Source: Octopus vulgaris (Eukaryota). From it: 64,000 bases of DNA. The stretch covers positions 86,056,001 through 86,120,000 of the forward strand of contig OX597818.1 in assembly GCA_951406725.2 (NCBI GenBank), in the 5' to 3' direction. The notes under the pieces are model-generated. The model ran no database searches. It saw nothing but the letters and a program-made list of their open reading frames with translations, and was not told where the DNA came from. Shown one piece after another: positions 32,330-45,327 of the stretch. The translations under genes and the position numbers were made by a program. Positions within the stretch are counted from its first letter, which is position 1. The number at the start of each line of letters is the position of its first letter.

Positions 32330-33550
32330 GAGGGTGCCAAACAAATTTGGCATGATTTGGTCACTCTGTTGCCAACTCCCTCTGTCTAGCGGCTTAGGCA
32401 TGCCATGGCTTTTGATGCGCAGACACGAATTCAGGTTGCGCCTCCTGCAATGATTTCTAGAGGGTAAACGTATGTGGGCTCCATTTGTGAGACATAGCTT
32501 TCCGCAGCTCGTCTCCTTGACGGAGCTGCAGTCCTGGGTAAAGGATAGGCCGAAACTGGGCGCCTAGCACTTAAAATGTCGTCATGCGCTCACTGTCCTC
32601 TACAAGTCGGGCAATAGGATCGGTGGATGTTTCACTTTAGCTATACACAGAGGATTAGTAACGGGGAAGTGCGACGACGTACTCGGAGAGACCCTAGAAG
32701 TCGACGAAGACGAACTGGCAAGTCTGTTCCGAGAACTTTCCGGTCGAGGACTATTATCGATAATTTCCAGATGCCTTTGGCCCAGCAGTGCTACTGGGGG
32801 AGGCGCTACAAGTTCAAAATAAACTCTACAAGCACGGGTGTGGCTGTCAGACGGGCTTGTCCGAGGTGCTGGCAGAGCGACAAAACCGTTCTTCATGCAC
32901 TCGTTCGGTGTCCGGGCACTGCTGACTTGTGGAGTTATGTCGAACAGCTGCTGTCGCGTGTGGGACGGATCCGTCTGTCAGCCGAGTCCATAAGGATGAT
33001 TTTCCTGCTGCCCGCCCTTATTCGGGCAGTCAAGGCAGTTTTCCTTTGTCAGGTGGCTGTGGCGAAATATGTTATCTGGCGGACGTGACTGAAATGAATG
33101 AGAACAGAAAAATTCCTCCTTGGTAAAGTCCCCATGGACATTTTCAATCTTAAATTCAAAGGAAAGTGAGGGGGGGAAAAGGAGATGCTGTCCACGAGTG
33201 AATTTATGACAATGTGGGTGACAGTTGCGAAAATGGCCAGAGTGGATAGTACCGCTCTCAATGTACACCTGTGAATCGGAAGAAAGGAGTTGGAGAGGGC
33301 ACTCGTCCTTAGTATTCAGGCTGATTTTGGATGGTGGGGTTCTTCGATTATACCTAGAAGTCCTCTGGTATCATTTTCACTTCTTTTTCTCCCTCTTCTT
33401 CTAGTGTCGTATACTATGTATACTTCCCTACTTCAGATGAATACCGTCTAATACTTTTTTTTATCATTCCATCATATATAAACCCTCACACTTTACGTCT
33501 GTCTGTGTATTGTCCCCTCATCCTTCGCCCTGGTGGCAAATAAAAGAAAT
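32330..33550 (+). mobile_element. Older, degraded relative of the Tx1 LINE
   Basis: Translates to SGLGMPWLLMRRH, FPQLVSLTELQSW, CPRCWQSDKTVLHALVRC, AKYVIWRT, with stops and frameshifts. The 3' end GCCCTGGTGGCAAATAAAAGAAAT is followed by (ATC/ATT)n. Confidence 0.85.
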
Positions 33551-33675
33551 TATCATCATCATCGTTATTCTCCTCCTCCTCCTCCTCATTATTATTATTA
33601 TTGCTGTTGTTGTTGTTGTTATTATTATTATTGTTATTATCAATATTATTATTATTATCCTTATCATCATCATCA

Positions 33676-33712
<37 letters not shown>

Positions 33713-33745
33713 CATCATCATCATTATTATTATTGCTGCTGCTGT

Positions 33746-33813
<68 letters not shown>

Positions 33814-33975
33814 TTACTACTACTACATAAGACAATAACAATAAATTAGCATTAAGATTGCCTTTTACAGCATTCATCTTAAGATAGATGGATTTACAAT
33901 CAACTTGAAGAGTTTTATCGATCTTCGCGCAATCACTTCTAATTTCTTCAATAGATTTAACGAATTTCAAATAAT

Positions 33976-34191
33976 TCATTGAGGAATTGCCTTCAATAGG
34001 ATATAATTCTTGTTTTTGGCACGTTGATAAGGAGGATGTGATACCTTATATTGCACCAACCTGTTGTAAAGCATCTCTATTCCGAAACAACGGGCTTTTA
34101 AAAAATTATTGACGTTTTCGATTATTTTCTTATCAAAATCCAAATTCGCCCATTTTTCGATGTCTTCATCTTTATAAAATATTTTTAATTT
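33976..34191 (-). CDS. Candidate orphan exon or coding fragment of unknown product
   Basis: Acceptor-like TTCTTTTTTTTTTTTAG, then 71 open codons KLKIFYKDEDIEKWANLDFDKKIIENVNNFLKARCFGIEMLYNRLVQYKVSHPPYQRAKNKNYILLKAIPQ*. Confidence 0.25.
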   Translation of the reverse strand, partial: KLKIFYKDEDIEKWANLDFDKKIIENVNNFLKARCFGIEMLYNRLVQYKVSHPPYQRAKNKNYILLKAIPQ

Positions 34192-34295
34192 CTAAAAAAA
34201 AAAAAGAATTATTACTGTTATTATTTTTATGATACGTATTTTCCAGTGTTACTCTGTACATGCATACATAAACACATACATACATATACACATAA

Positions 34296-34326
<31 letters not shown>

Positions 34327-34585
34327 GTACACGCGTACATACATTCATTCATACATAGATACATACATACATACATACATACATACATACATACATACAT
34401 ACATACATACATACATGCATGCATACAAACATAAATACATACATACACACATTCAAAGACACATGTCTGCATAGATACATACACATACACATTCACATTC
34501 GTACATACATGCCCATATAGAAACGTACATACATTCATACATACATACATACATACATACATACATACATACATACATACATACA

Positions 34586-34626
<41 letters not shown>

Positions 34627-34856
34627 TTGCGTACATGCATAAATATATACACACATTCATACATACATGCCTGCATGCATACATGCATAAATACACACAT
34701 ACATACATACACTCATACATACATGCCTGCATACATACATACATACATACATACATACATGCATGCATACGTACATGCATACATACATACATGCATGCAT
34801 GCATACATACATACATACATACATACATACATACATACATACATAATGCATACATA

Positions 34857-35430
34857 CGCCCTCTCATTAAACCTACTATCATACCTGCTCATAAAACACA
34901 GCGACCATAGAAATGGATCTAGAAGTATCTCCTCTCTTTTCTTTGTCAACGACCTAAAACTGTATAGGCCAAATATCGACCGCATTAAAAACCCGTTGGA
35001 CCGCATGACCCAATCTTCTACAGACATTGTAATGAAAGTTTGAGAGTTCTAACGTGAATTTTGACATTAAAACGCGAAAAAGTTGTGCCCTCCACTGAAA
35101 AAGAAATGAACTACTTGACAATACAATCTATGCAATGACAAGATGAGGATATCAGATGTGATGGACCAATAAATAAGGAGAAGACCAGGAATGAATACCT
35201 CAGAAGAGTAAAGAGAATATATTCATCAGAACGCTCAGCTTGCAACAAAAATATTGCCTTCGACACCTTTGCAGTGCCTGTCCTCACGCCTACATTTGGC
35301 CTTCTGAACTGGTCACTATAAGAACACAATGTGATAGATGTTTGAACTGACAAGCTACTCGGTGTTAGAGGAAATTTCAACATCAATGATGATGTAGACA
35401 GGTTATAATTCCCATGCAAGGATGGTGTTT
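34857..35430 (+). mobile_element. Reverse transcriptase fragment of an R4/Dong-like LINE
   Basis: LSLNLLSYLL..ISSLFFVNDLKLY (YxDD box degraded); EYLRRVKRIYSSE..NKNIAFDTFAVPVLTPTFG; DVDRL. Confidence 0.8.
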
Positions 35431-35679
35431 ATGATATCGTATTCGAAGGCCACCTTGATGCAATTCAAGAACAGGAGATCTCCACCAAGTACCTACAGCA
35501 TAAAATGATGAAGAAAACAATATACATACATTCATTTATATATACTTTATCCTTGGCCCCAGTTCCTTGATAGAATCGTAGAGACACCGTAGAGAGACAT
35601 GCGGCATGTCTTGGGCATTTTAGACTTAGCGAAATCCTTCCTTCTCCAGATGTGATCTCAACCGATTTCTTCAAGGAGA

Positions 35680-35755
<76 letters not shown>

Positions 35756-35981
35756 AGAAATAAAGAATGACGGGAAGACAAGAATTGATCTCAGTATAGA
35801 ACTGGTATTTATTCATCGGATCCGAAAGGTTGAAAAGCAAGTGTTGCCTAAGTGGAGGTCAACTTTGCCTTTTGTCTCTCGAGAGTCGATAAAATAAAGT
35901 ACCCGTCAAGTACTGGTGTCGATGGCATCGGCTAAAATCTACCCTCAAATCATGCCGACCTTTTTACATTAATTAGAAACC

Positions 35982-36851
35982 GGTATCCAAAAGAAACCAG
36001 AGGCTTGCAATATTATTTTATTCACGTAGTTTTACATGTTTACACTTTCATCGCCTTGAAAATATTCTCCATTTGAAGCAATGCATCGATCCAAGCACGT
36101 TTTCCACTATTCGAAGCAGTGCTGGAACTCTAGTAAAATGAAGCCTTTTAACGCCTCCTTCGTTTTTTTCTTCACCTCTTCTTCATCTGCAAATTCCGTG
36201 GCATCAACTTTCGTCATCAGTGATGACCTTCAAAAAAAGGTCCGGATCAACTTCCAACATTTCTTTCAGTTTACGATACGCATTCAGTCGTGACTGCTTT
36301 TGACCTTCTGTGAGCAAGCGAGCCACAAATTTTGCTGCAGCTCTTTTCATTCGCAATTCCTCACTCAAAATCCGTTGACAGGAGCTCCAGGATACACCAG
36401 TCATATCAATAAGTTCGTCAATTGTTCAGTGATGATCCTCCAAGATCAGTTCATGAATTTTCATGATGTTTTCATTCGTTCGGGATGTCGGCGGTCGTCC
36501 TGAACAATGTCGGTCTTCGAGCGACATGCGATCATTCCTAAGGCGTGGAAACCACTCGTAAACTTGTGTTTTACTTATGGCAGCGTTTTTGTAAACTCTT
36601 TGAAGCATGACAGCTGTTTTGGCGGCCGTTTTCCCCCAGCAGAATTTCCCGGAAGCACGCAGTTCCTTCGTTTCAGCCATCGTAAAAATCGATGAACAGA
36701 TGCACCACGTGACAGTATGACCCAAATTGACGATGCCAGTCGGCAGACTGATTCCTGAGGGTATCATCAAGTGGCTTCTAGCAGCGGAAGCCTGAATTAC
36801 AACTGTTTATTCCACAGAGAACGTTTCCGGTTACTTTTGGGTACCTCCTCA
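35982..36851 (-). mobile_element. Internally deleted mariner transposon
   Basis: MAETKELR..QVYEWF..SGRPPTS; AKFVARLLT..VITDDES joined directly to the C-terminus CIASNGEYFQGD. TIRs GGTATCCAAAAGAAACC / GGTTACTTTTGGGTACC. Confidence 0.85.
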
Positions 36852-37829
36852 TATTTGACTTCCCCGTTGTTTCCAACAGAATTGCGTACCTCATTACAAA
36901 GTATACTGTAAGTAGATGAGTATTCTACTCTTAATCTTCACCCAGAAGTCTTGTAAGACTGTGTATAGCACCCCCCCCCAATCACAAATACAGTTTATGC
37001 AGTTTCAGCATAGAACGTCCTTGTATATGGCTTCAATCACTCAGTTTTGGTCTCTCAAATTCCATAACAAGGCCTGTGTCTAAGGTGAAAGACATTTGCC
37101 CAACGAGAGCTGCACAATGAGGTTGAACGTATGACGTAATTCTGAAGCAGTGAGCCTCTTCATCCTTTGGCTATGTGCCCTATATAAGAACTGAATGGCA
37201 AAATTTTCTTCGTCAGGTAAACATAAAACTCAATTATCATTAGACATCTTTTTCTTTTATATAAACTTTATATTACGTATTTACCATAGTATTTTTTTTT
37301 CTATTTTATCAGTCTCCGTGTCATAAAATCGTAATATATTGTTAGTTAAAATGTTGGCAGATCAGCTGAAAGATTGACGTAAACATCTCTTTTAAAATAA
37401 CATCTATCACGTCCTGATAGCATAGAAATAGATGATATACAGAAAAACACACACAAACAAACAAACAGTACACATATCTGTATGTATGTATGTATGTATG
37501 TATGTATGTATGTATGTATGTATGTATGTATTATGCATGTACTAATATGTACGTACGTATGTAGAAATACTTATGCGGCAACAGCGTTTATTTGTATATA
37601 TGTGTATGTTTACGTCTACGGTTATAAACATACGGGTTTTTAGTTTTTTACTTTATCATGACAAGATTACGAGATTAACAGATAAATGTGATGATGTAAA
37701 TGTAATTCTGGTAAGAAAACAACTCTACGCCCTTGTTTATAAGAAATACCTGTTGGAGTATTTCGTCTTTCAACAAGAACTTAACAATCGCGTCTGAACA
37801 GAGATACTAATGCATAGTTTTGTGAGAAC

Positions 37830-38260
37830 AACATCCATCAATCTATTTTCTCCACCCGTTATTCCTGAAGGGGTCGTAGGGTAGAGCCCACAGGCACCTC
37901 ATCCATAGGGTCCTCTCAGAAGCAACCTCCATTAGACTTTTCGGCTGGATTCCTTCGTGTGACTAACTGAGACTGGGTATTATCAAAGAATCACGTTCTT
38001 GTTCTATCCCTAGGTTTCCTGCTGGTTGGAGCGGCTTAAAGAATCCGTCTTGCGATTCTTTCCTGTGACAATCTAATAACATGTCCATAATACCGAAGAT
38101 ATGACTCTTTAATGCGGAAAAGTAGGGGGTCGACCTGGAAAGCCATGCTGATCTCCGAGAGCATACCTTGTCGTGTAATGTTACTCCAGAGTACCTTCGG
38201 AGAAACCCCATTTCGACTGCTTGTATTCGCGATCGTACTATTTCAATCATTACCCAAACA
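37830..38260 (-). mobile_element. 3' remnant of an RTE-clade (Rex3/Expander-like) LINE
   Basis: RSRIQAVEMGFLRRYSGVTLHDKV; the 3' end reads CTACCCTACGACCCC..AACGGGTGGAGAAAATAGATTGATGGATG. Confidence 0.75.
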
Positions 38261-38460
38261 TAACAGAAATAATGGAAAATTCTGTGGAATGCAAAAACAT
38301 CGAGTGAGAAAATACACAAAGGACTTGTCTGGGTAGAATTATTGGATGAATGTAGATCAGAGGTCTTGAGACTAAGAGGGGTTATCAACTGAATCTGATG
38401 GAAGAAATGGTTTGTCTATGACTGTCAAGGATTTCTCTCTCTAAACAGGAGAGATATTAG

Positions 38461-38815
38461 CATTGGTCAGTTGCTTGCATAATACGAGTCCCATTGGTCA
38501 ATTATTAGCCCAATATAAAATTCCTACTGGCCAGTTACTGGCACAATATAAAACCCTAATCGGTCAGTTATTGATGCAATACAAAGCCTCGTTGGTCAGT
38601 TACTGACCCAATACAAAGCTTCATTGGTCAGTTACGGTCCTATATAAAACTTCAGTGGTCATCTAATGGCTCTATACAAAGCCCCTTGGTCAATCACTGC
38701 TTTACATGCAAAGACCCGTTGGTAGTTACTGGTCCAACACAAAGCCCCGTTGGTCACTTATTGGCACAATGCAAGGCCATTTGGACAGATAATAACCCAG
38801 TGCAAAACCCCATTG
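38461..38815. repeat. Degenerate ~32-bp palindromic minisatellite, about 11 units
   Basis: Approximate consensus CATTGGTCAGTTACTGGCCCAATACAAAGCCC. Confidence 0.85.
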
Positions 38816-39009
38816 CATTGTTTTCATCTTTGATATAATGCTGTTATCACATATGCACTAATATCATTTCTACATCCATTAGTGTCTTTCAATAGACAAG
38901 AAATGTTTCAGCACTAGTCTGTTGCCGACCCCCATTGCGTTGGGCGTTGGTTCCATCTATGAAGCAATGCTGCTATTACACATACACTAATATCTCTTCC
39001 TATGTGGAA

Positions 39010-39422
39010 AGGCGGTGACCTGACAGGATCGTTAGTACACCGGCGATAAAGCTTAGCGGCATTTCGTCCATCTGTACCTCCTGTGTTCAAGTTCCACCAA
39101 GGATGACTTTGTTTTCCATCCTTTCGGAGTTGATAAAATAAGTACCAATTAAACACTGGAGTCGATGTAATCGACTTATCCCCACAGAACTTGCTAGCCT
39201 TGTACCAAAATTTGAAACCAATATATAAGTATATAAGGCGGAGAGCTGGCAGAATCGTTAGCAAAATGCTTAGCGGCATTTCATCCATTTTACGTTCTGA
39301 GTTCAAATTCCGCTCAGATTGATTTGCCTTTCATCCTTTTCAGATTGATAAAATAATATCAGTTGAGTACTTAGGTCCTCCTCTGAAATTTCCAGCCTTG
39401 TGTCAAAGTTTGAAATCAATAT
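39010..39422 (+). mobile_element. Two tandem SINE family B copies (tail ...CCTTGTRYCAAARTTTGAAAYCAAT)
   Basis: Heads at about 39010 and 39236; both carry the TTTCATCCTTT core. Confidence 0.75.
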
Positions 39423-40439
39423 TTCTTCTCATGTGACATCCATAACTGATTGGTAAAAATTCACTCACCAACAAATTTCAGCAATTATTTCACACACATG
39501 CCGTTTCTCCTCTCTGCCTCATATAACGCTACATCCATGGGCTCGCTTTCACTGAACTACAAAGCTGTATACCCTTTCCACCCAATCTCCGTTGTAGCAC
39601 ATGAGTATCATGAAACTAGTCACATTAAATACTTTGAACGGTCACCCTTTCCCTCGAATTGCGACACACAGGAATTTTCTCTCCATGTCCAAGCTTTACC
39701 TTCCAGACATCAGCAGACAAATGCTTGAGCTGAATTAAAACCATGATGATGATGATGACGACGGAGGGTTGTGATAGTGGTGTTTGTGGTGGTGGCGATT
39801 ACGGTGGTGGTGGTAGTGGTGGTATTTACGACTACGACCGATGATTAAAACCACGCCATTCTTGCATCATCATTATCGTCATCATGCTTATTATGATCAT
39901 CATCACAGCTACATTTGCCATCATCATCGTCGTCGTCGTCCTTCTCCTCCTCCTCCTCCTCATCATCATCATCATCGGTCTTAGTCGTAAATACCACCAC
40001 CACCACTGCAATCGCCACCACTACAAACACCATTACCACAACCCTACTGCTATCATAATCATCACCACCACCACCACCACCATCATCATCATCACTGATG
40101 TCGTCACCAACGTCATCTACCTTTTTCTCCTATCGTTTTTATTTATTTATTTTTTTTTCTTCCCTCATACTTCATTTTTTCCTCTCCCCAAAACCGCTAC
40201 AAAAACCACAGCGAATACCTCAACATCGCCCTAATACCCACACCACTACAACCAAAACCACAACAAGAATCTCTACCACAATACCAACTCCAATCTCCAC
40301 CACCACTTCCACCAGCATCACCATTCCGGCGTCTCCACCTCTGCGATCATTTCCTGTCAATTATGCTAAAAGAAAATATTATAATTAAGATAATGGTGTG
40401 TTTGGAATGGAACTAGCAGCGATATAACGTACTTCTTGC

Positions 40440-40654
40440 TAGCAAGAGCAGCAGAAAGAAGAAGAAGAAGAAGAAGAAGAAGAAGAAGAAGAAGAAGAAG
40501 AAGAACAACAACAACAACAACAACAACAACAGCAGCAGCAGCAGCAGCAACAGGAACACCAGCAGCAGCAACAACTGTTCCTGAAGCAGCAGCAACGGCA
40601 GCAACAGATACGGCATCAGAAACAATGGCAGAGAAAGAAAGAATTGCAACCATT

Positions 40655-40718
<64 letters not shown>

Positions 40719-40959
40719 CAGCAGTAATAGTAGTAGTAGTAGTGGTGCTGATGGTGGTGGTGGTGATGGTGGTGGTGGTTGCGGCGGCAGTAACAGCAGT
40801 AGCAGCAGCAGCAGCTATAGTGGTAGTAGTAGTAATAGTAGTAGTAGTAGTCGTAGTAGTAGACATAAAAGTAGAAGCAAGAGCAGTAGTAACAGGAGCA
40901 GTAGCAGCATCAACATTAGCAACATCAGCACTAGCAGCAGCAACAGCAAGACTAGCAGC

Positions 40960-41009
<50 letters not shown>

Positions 41010-41063
41010 CAGCAGCAGCAGTAACAGCAGCAATAGTACTAGTAGTATTCGCAGCAGTAGCAA

Positions 41064-41096
<33 letters not shown>

Positions 41097-41335
41097 CAAT
41101 AGTAGCAGTAGCAGTCGTAGCAGTAGCAGTCGTAGCAGTAGCAGTTGTAGCAGTAGCAGTCGTAGCAGTAGCAGTCGTAGCAGTAGCAGTAGTAATAGCA
41201 ATAGCAATAGTAGTAGTATTAGTAGTAGTAGTAGTAGTAGTAATAGTAGTAGTAGTAGTAGTAGTAACCAGAACAGTAACAACAGCAGCAGCACCAGCAG
41301 CAGCTGCAGCAGTAGTAGTGGCAGCAGCAGCAGAC
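40440..41335. repeat. Compound trinucleotide array (GAA/CAA/GCA/GTA)
   Basis: Direct observation. Confidence 0.9.
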
Positions 41336-41640
41336 ATGTTAAGGTGGTAGCCTCTCTAATAGATATGTTGAAACTCATACTATTCCTCTGCGTTTCATTC
41401 TTTTATTACAAACGTTTCTTCCTCTCCCTCTCCTGCACCCTCTCTCTCTCTCCTGCACCCTCCCTCTCTCTCCTGCATCCCTCTCTCTCTCTCTCTCACT
41501 GTCTCTCTCATTCTTGCTCTCTCCATCTTTCGCGCTTTTTTTTCTTGTCCCTCGAAACAGTTCTAATAAAACAGAGCTAATTTCTTCAGTTCTCATTCAT
41601 CTCAATTAGGGCGTCTTATCTTCCTTCTCACCCAGATCTG

Positions 41641-41680
<40 letters not shown>

Positions 41681-41753
41681 TTCATCACCACCATTATCAT
41701 CATAATCATTAACAATACATTTATCATACTACGACCACCACCACGACCAACAG

Positions 41754-41798
<45 letters not shown>

Positions 41799-42993
41799 TA
41801 TCTTATCGTCGTCATAACCACCGCAATAATCATCTTTAATCATCAACATTATCACCATCGTGATCATAATCATCATTATAATCATCATCACCTTCCACCA
41901 CCATCACCATCGTCACCATTACCAACCACCATAACCACCATCAACATCATAATCATTATCATCGTCACCACTACTACCACCACCACCACCATCATCTTAA
42001 ACACCACCATCATCATCATCATCACTATCATCATCGTCTCCATCATCATATTAATGTACTGACGAATGTATGCTTGTTATTTTTTTTAAAGATTTATCTA
42101 AAGATTTTCACCTGCAGGATTCAAGCTCTAATTAAACGATGGCAATTAGGGCGTGTTTCATCAATAGAAGAACAGAGAACAACCGAAGAAGTACCATCTG
42201 CACTATTATACACTATGATCAACATTTAAGCAGTGATTTATTTGGTACGAAACGTCGAGCCTAACCAGTCTAGCTTCCTTTGACTCGCTTCTCCTTTAAA
42301 TTATTTGATACAGTTAAAAATTAATGGTTTTAAAACTGACACCTTGTTTCAATGTGTTTAAATACAGTGCCTTAAACTTCCAGAGTCGATAATTGAATGA
42401 GAGGTTTAAGCCTTCATCTAAGTAAGAGTACTTTATAAGCTGTTGCATACGGGCTCAGGTAAGGCTGGCGCAGACAAGGTTGGCGCAGACAGGGCTGGCG
42501 CAGGTAAGCTAGTGCAGGCATGGGCGTGTGGTTAAGGAACTTGCTTCGCAGCCACATGGTTTCGGGTTCAGTACCACTGTACCACACATTGTGCAAATGT
42601 ATTATACTCTTCTATGTTAGCCCCTGACCGATCAATACCTTGCAAGTGAATTGAGTAGGCGAAAATTGCATAGAAGCCCGTCGTGTATATATACATATAT
42701 AAATATAGAATAGTGGTACAACAACTATTTACTGGAAATAGCAGTCGATAATATACGACGCTATCGTAAAGCTTCACCGTATATATATATATATTTATAC
42801 ATACATACTGGCAAATATGTTTGCGGGCAGCAAACATAAATAAATTTCATCTTACCTGTAGCAAGAACATTAAATAAATGTACAAACCAGATGTGGATAA
42901 TCTAGGACCTAGGTTTCAAACTTTTCAAATTACGTTTGTTAACGTAAATTTGATTAATTCTCTTCGGCTAGATTCACCTGGACAAAATTTCGA

Positions 42994-43026
<33 letters not shown>

Positions 43027-43118
43027 TGTATGTATGTATGTATGTATGTATGTATGTATGTATGTATGTATGTGTATATGTATATCTGTCTATCTATCTA
43101 TATATATCTTTCTTTCTA

Positions 43119-43218
<100 letters not shown>

Positions 43219-43922
43219 ACTGATTATATGCAATCTTTCTTTTTTAATGTTGAAAATTGACCTATACACACATTTTACCTATTTTGGTTATATCATCTTT
43301 GATAATCTTAAATTTTATTTTTATACAACATTACAATATTGTTTATAAACAATTACCCATAGTACCCCATGATAAAATTTCCCCTGTATTAACATCACAT
43401 GTTTTGTTTGCACCTTGCCCCTTTAACTGGTAATTAACATCATGATTTAGGGACTTCCCCTACCCAGCTTCCTTTTATAGACAGTTACTCTATACCCAAT
43501 TTACTACTCCTAATATCTTGACAATATTTATGACCATACCTAGCCATTGGCTGTCAACTCAATCTTGCCCTTCATTACAAACAGACACAGTCCTCTAGTC
43601 TTAGATTTAGTAGTTGATAAAAAGACAAATAAATTAGAAATGAACCACAATCCTTTACAAGCTATAACCCTAGTAAGCTCCATGCTTTTCTTGGAAGTGT
43701 AATATATTCTTAGCTACAATAGCGACAACATAAATATCTTCCATATTCTTGCTCTGTTAAAGTATTTGAGAAAAATTATATTAAAGTGTCCAACTGAAAA
43801 AAATTCTATTTACTTGTGCAGCTGATGATAGCCCTGCATCTAAATTGATATAATGTTCAATTAAATGGAGCCTCCGAAACGGTCGTACAGCATCACTTCT
43901 TGATATCCTGTTGCTTAGTGTG

Positions 43923-43926
<4 letters not shown>
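43219..43926 (+). mobile_element. Probable Penelope-like element end inserted in (TA)n
   Basis: Flanked by (TA)n on both sides, with a hammerhead motif about 40-100 bp before the 3' end. Confidence 0.5.
43815..43889 (+). ncRNA. Putative type I hammerhead ribozyme
   Basis: CTGATGA at 43822, a stem II region with AATTGA/TCAATT, GAAA at 43876, minimal stem III with GTC at 43882-43884, and possible stem I TGTGC/GTACA. Confidence 0.55.
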
Positions 43927-43999
<73 letters not shown>

Positions 44000-44039
44000 T
44001 AGAATGAGTAAATATTCAAAATAAATATTCGTAAAGATG

Positions 44040-44121
<82 letters not shown>

Positions 44122-44730
44122 CAGGAGCAAATCTAAATAATTGATGACAATAATAACATTAGTAGCAGCAAGTAATGCTAGCATTTAACAGCTACACAAT
44201 AAATTCTTAATCCCATTAGAGGGTATAGGAAGCACCAGTTTGCTAGAAAGTGAAAGTAAAAACCTCAACTTAACCACCAATCTTTCACTCTCTAGGAAGC
44301 TGGTGCTTCGTGTACCCTCTAATATAATTAATATCTATATATACATACATATACAAATGCTTGTGTGTGTGTGTGTGTGTGTGTGTGTTTGTGTGTGTGT
44401 GTATGTGTGTGTGTGTGCGCGTGTGTGTGTGTGTGCGTGGATATGTGTATATGTATGCCTCTTTCTGGCTTGTATTTATGCTTCCCACCGCAGTCACCAC
44501 CGTCGCATTACTGCCAGTTTCAGTTTGTTTATGCCTCAGTACGTTAGCGGTTCGGCAACTCCACCACGTCCATAGAATAAGTACCAAACTTTGAAAAAGG
44601 AAAGCAATATTAGGATCGATTCGTTCGATTTAAATCCTTGAAGGCAGTGCCCAGCATGACAGCAGTTCAATATCTGGTGCAAGTAAAAGATACAAGATAC
44701 CAACCTATTCCAATATTTTTGCAACTGGAA

Positions 44731-44961
44731 GGTGGCGAGTTGGCAGAAACGTTAGCACGCCGGGCGAAATGCTTAGCAGTATTTCGTATGCCGCTACGTT
44801 CTGAGTTCAAATTCCGACGAGGTAGACTTTACCTTTCATCCTTTCGGAGTCGATTTAATAAGTACTAGTTACGCACTGGGGTTGATATAATCGACTTAAT
44901 CCATTTGTCTGTCCTTGTTTGTCCCCTCTGTGTGTAGCCCCTTATGGGTAGTAAAGAAATA
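44731..44961 (+). mobile_element. SINE family B with a Tx1-like tail
   Basis: Ends CCTTGTTTGTCCCCTCTGTGTGTAGCCCCTTATGGGTAGTAAAGAAAT. Confidence 0.85.
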
Positions 44962-45156
44962 AGAAACGTTAGAACGACGGGCGAAATGCTTAGCAGTATT
45001 TCGTCTGTCTTTACGTTCTGAGTTCAAATTCCGCCGAAGTCGACTTTGCTTTTCATCCTTTCGGGGTCGATAAATTAAGTAGTAATTGCGTACTGGGATC
45101 AATCTAATCGACTGGCCCCCTCTCTCAAAATTTCGGACCTTGTATCTAGAGTAGAA
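44962..45156 (+). mobile_element. SINE family B lacking the first ~14 nt, with the alternative tail
   Basis: Starts AGAAACGTTAG and ends CCTTGTATCTAGAGTAGAA. Confidence 0.8.
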
Positions 45157-45270
45157 TATTCTTGTAACTGGGACACTTATAAGGGATCAGATAATCCACA
45201 AAATGAAACTGTAATGAATTGCAATTTTGTATTGACTTTTAAAACTTAATTTAAGTCACACGCACGCACT

Positions 45271-45327
<57 letters not shown>

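Noticed and set aside
38461-38815. CRISPR-like array
   Set aside because: Units are adjacent with no unique spacers, there are no cas genes, and the context is eukaryotic.
40366-41378. 300-aa Thr/Ala-rich, mucin- or antifreeze-like ORF
   Set aside because: It is a compound trinucleotide array open in several frames on both strands, with no signal peptide or domain.
42456-42511. 15-bp GC-rich triple repeat (RGGYTGGCGCAGRYA)
   Set aside because: A short local slippage next to a SINE head with no further support.
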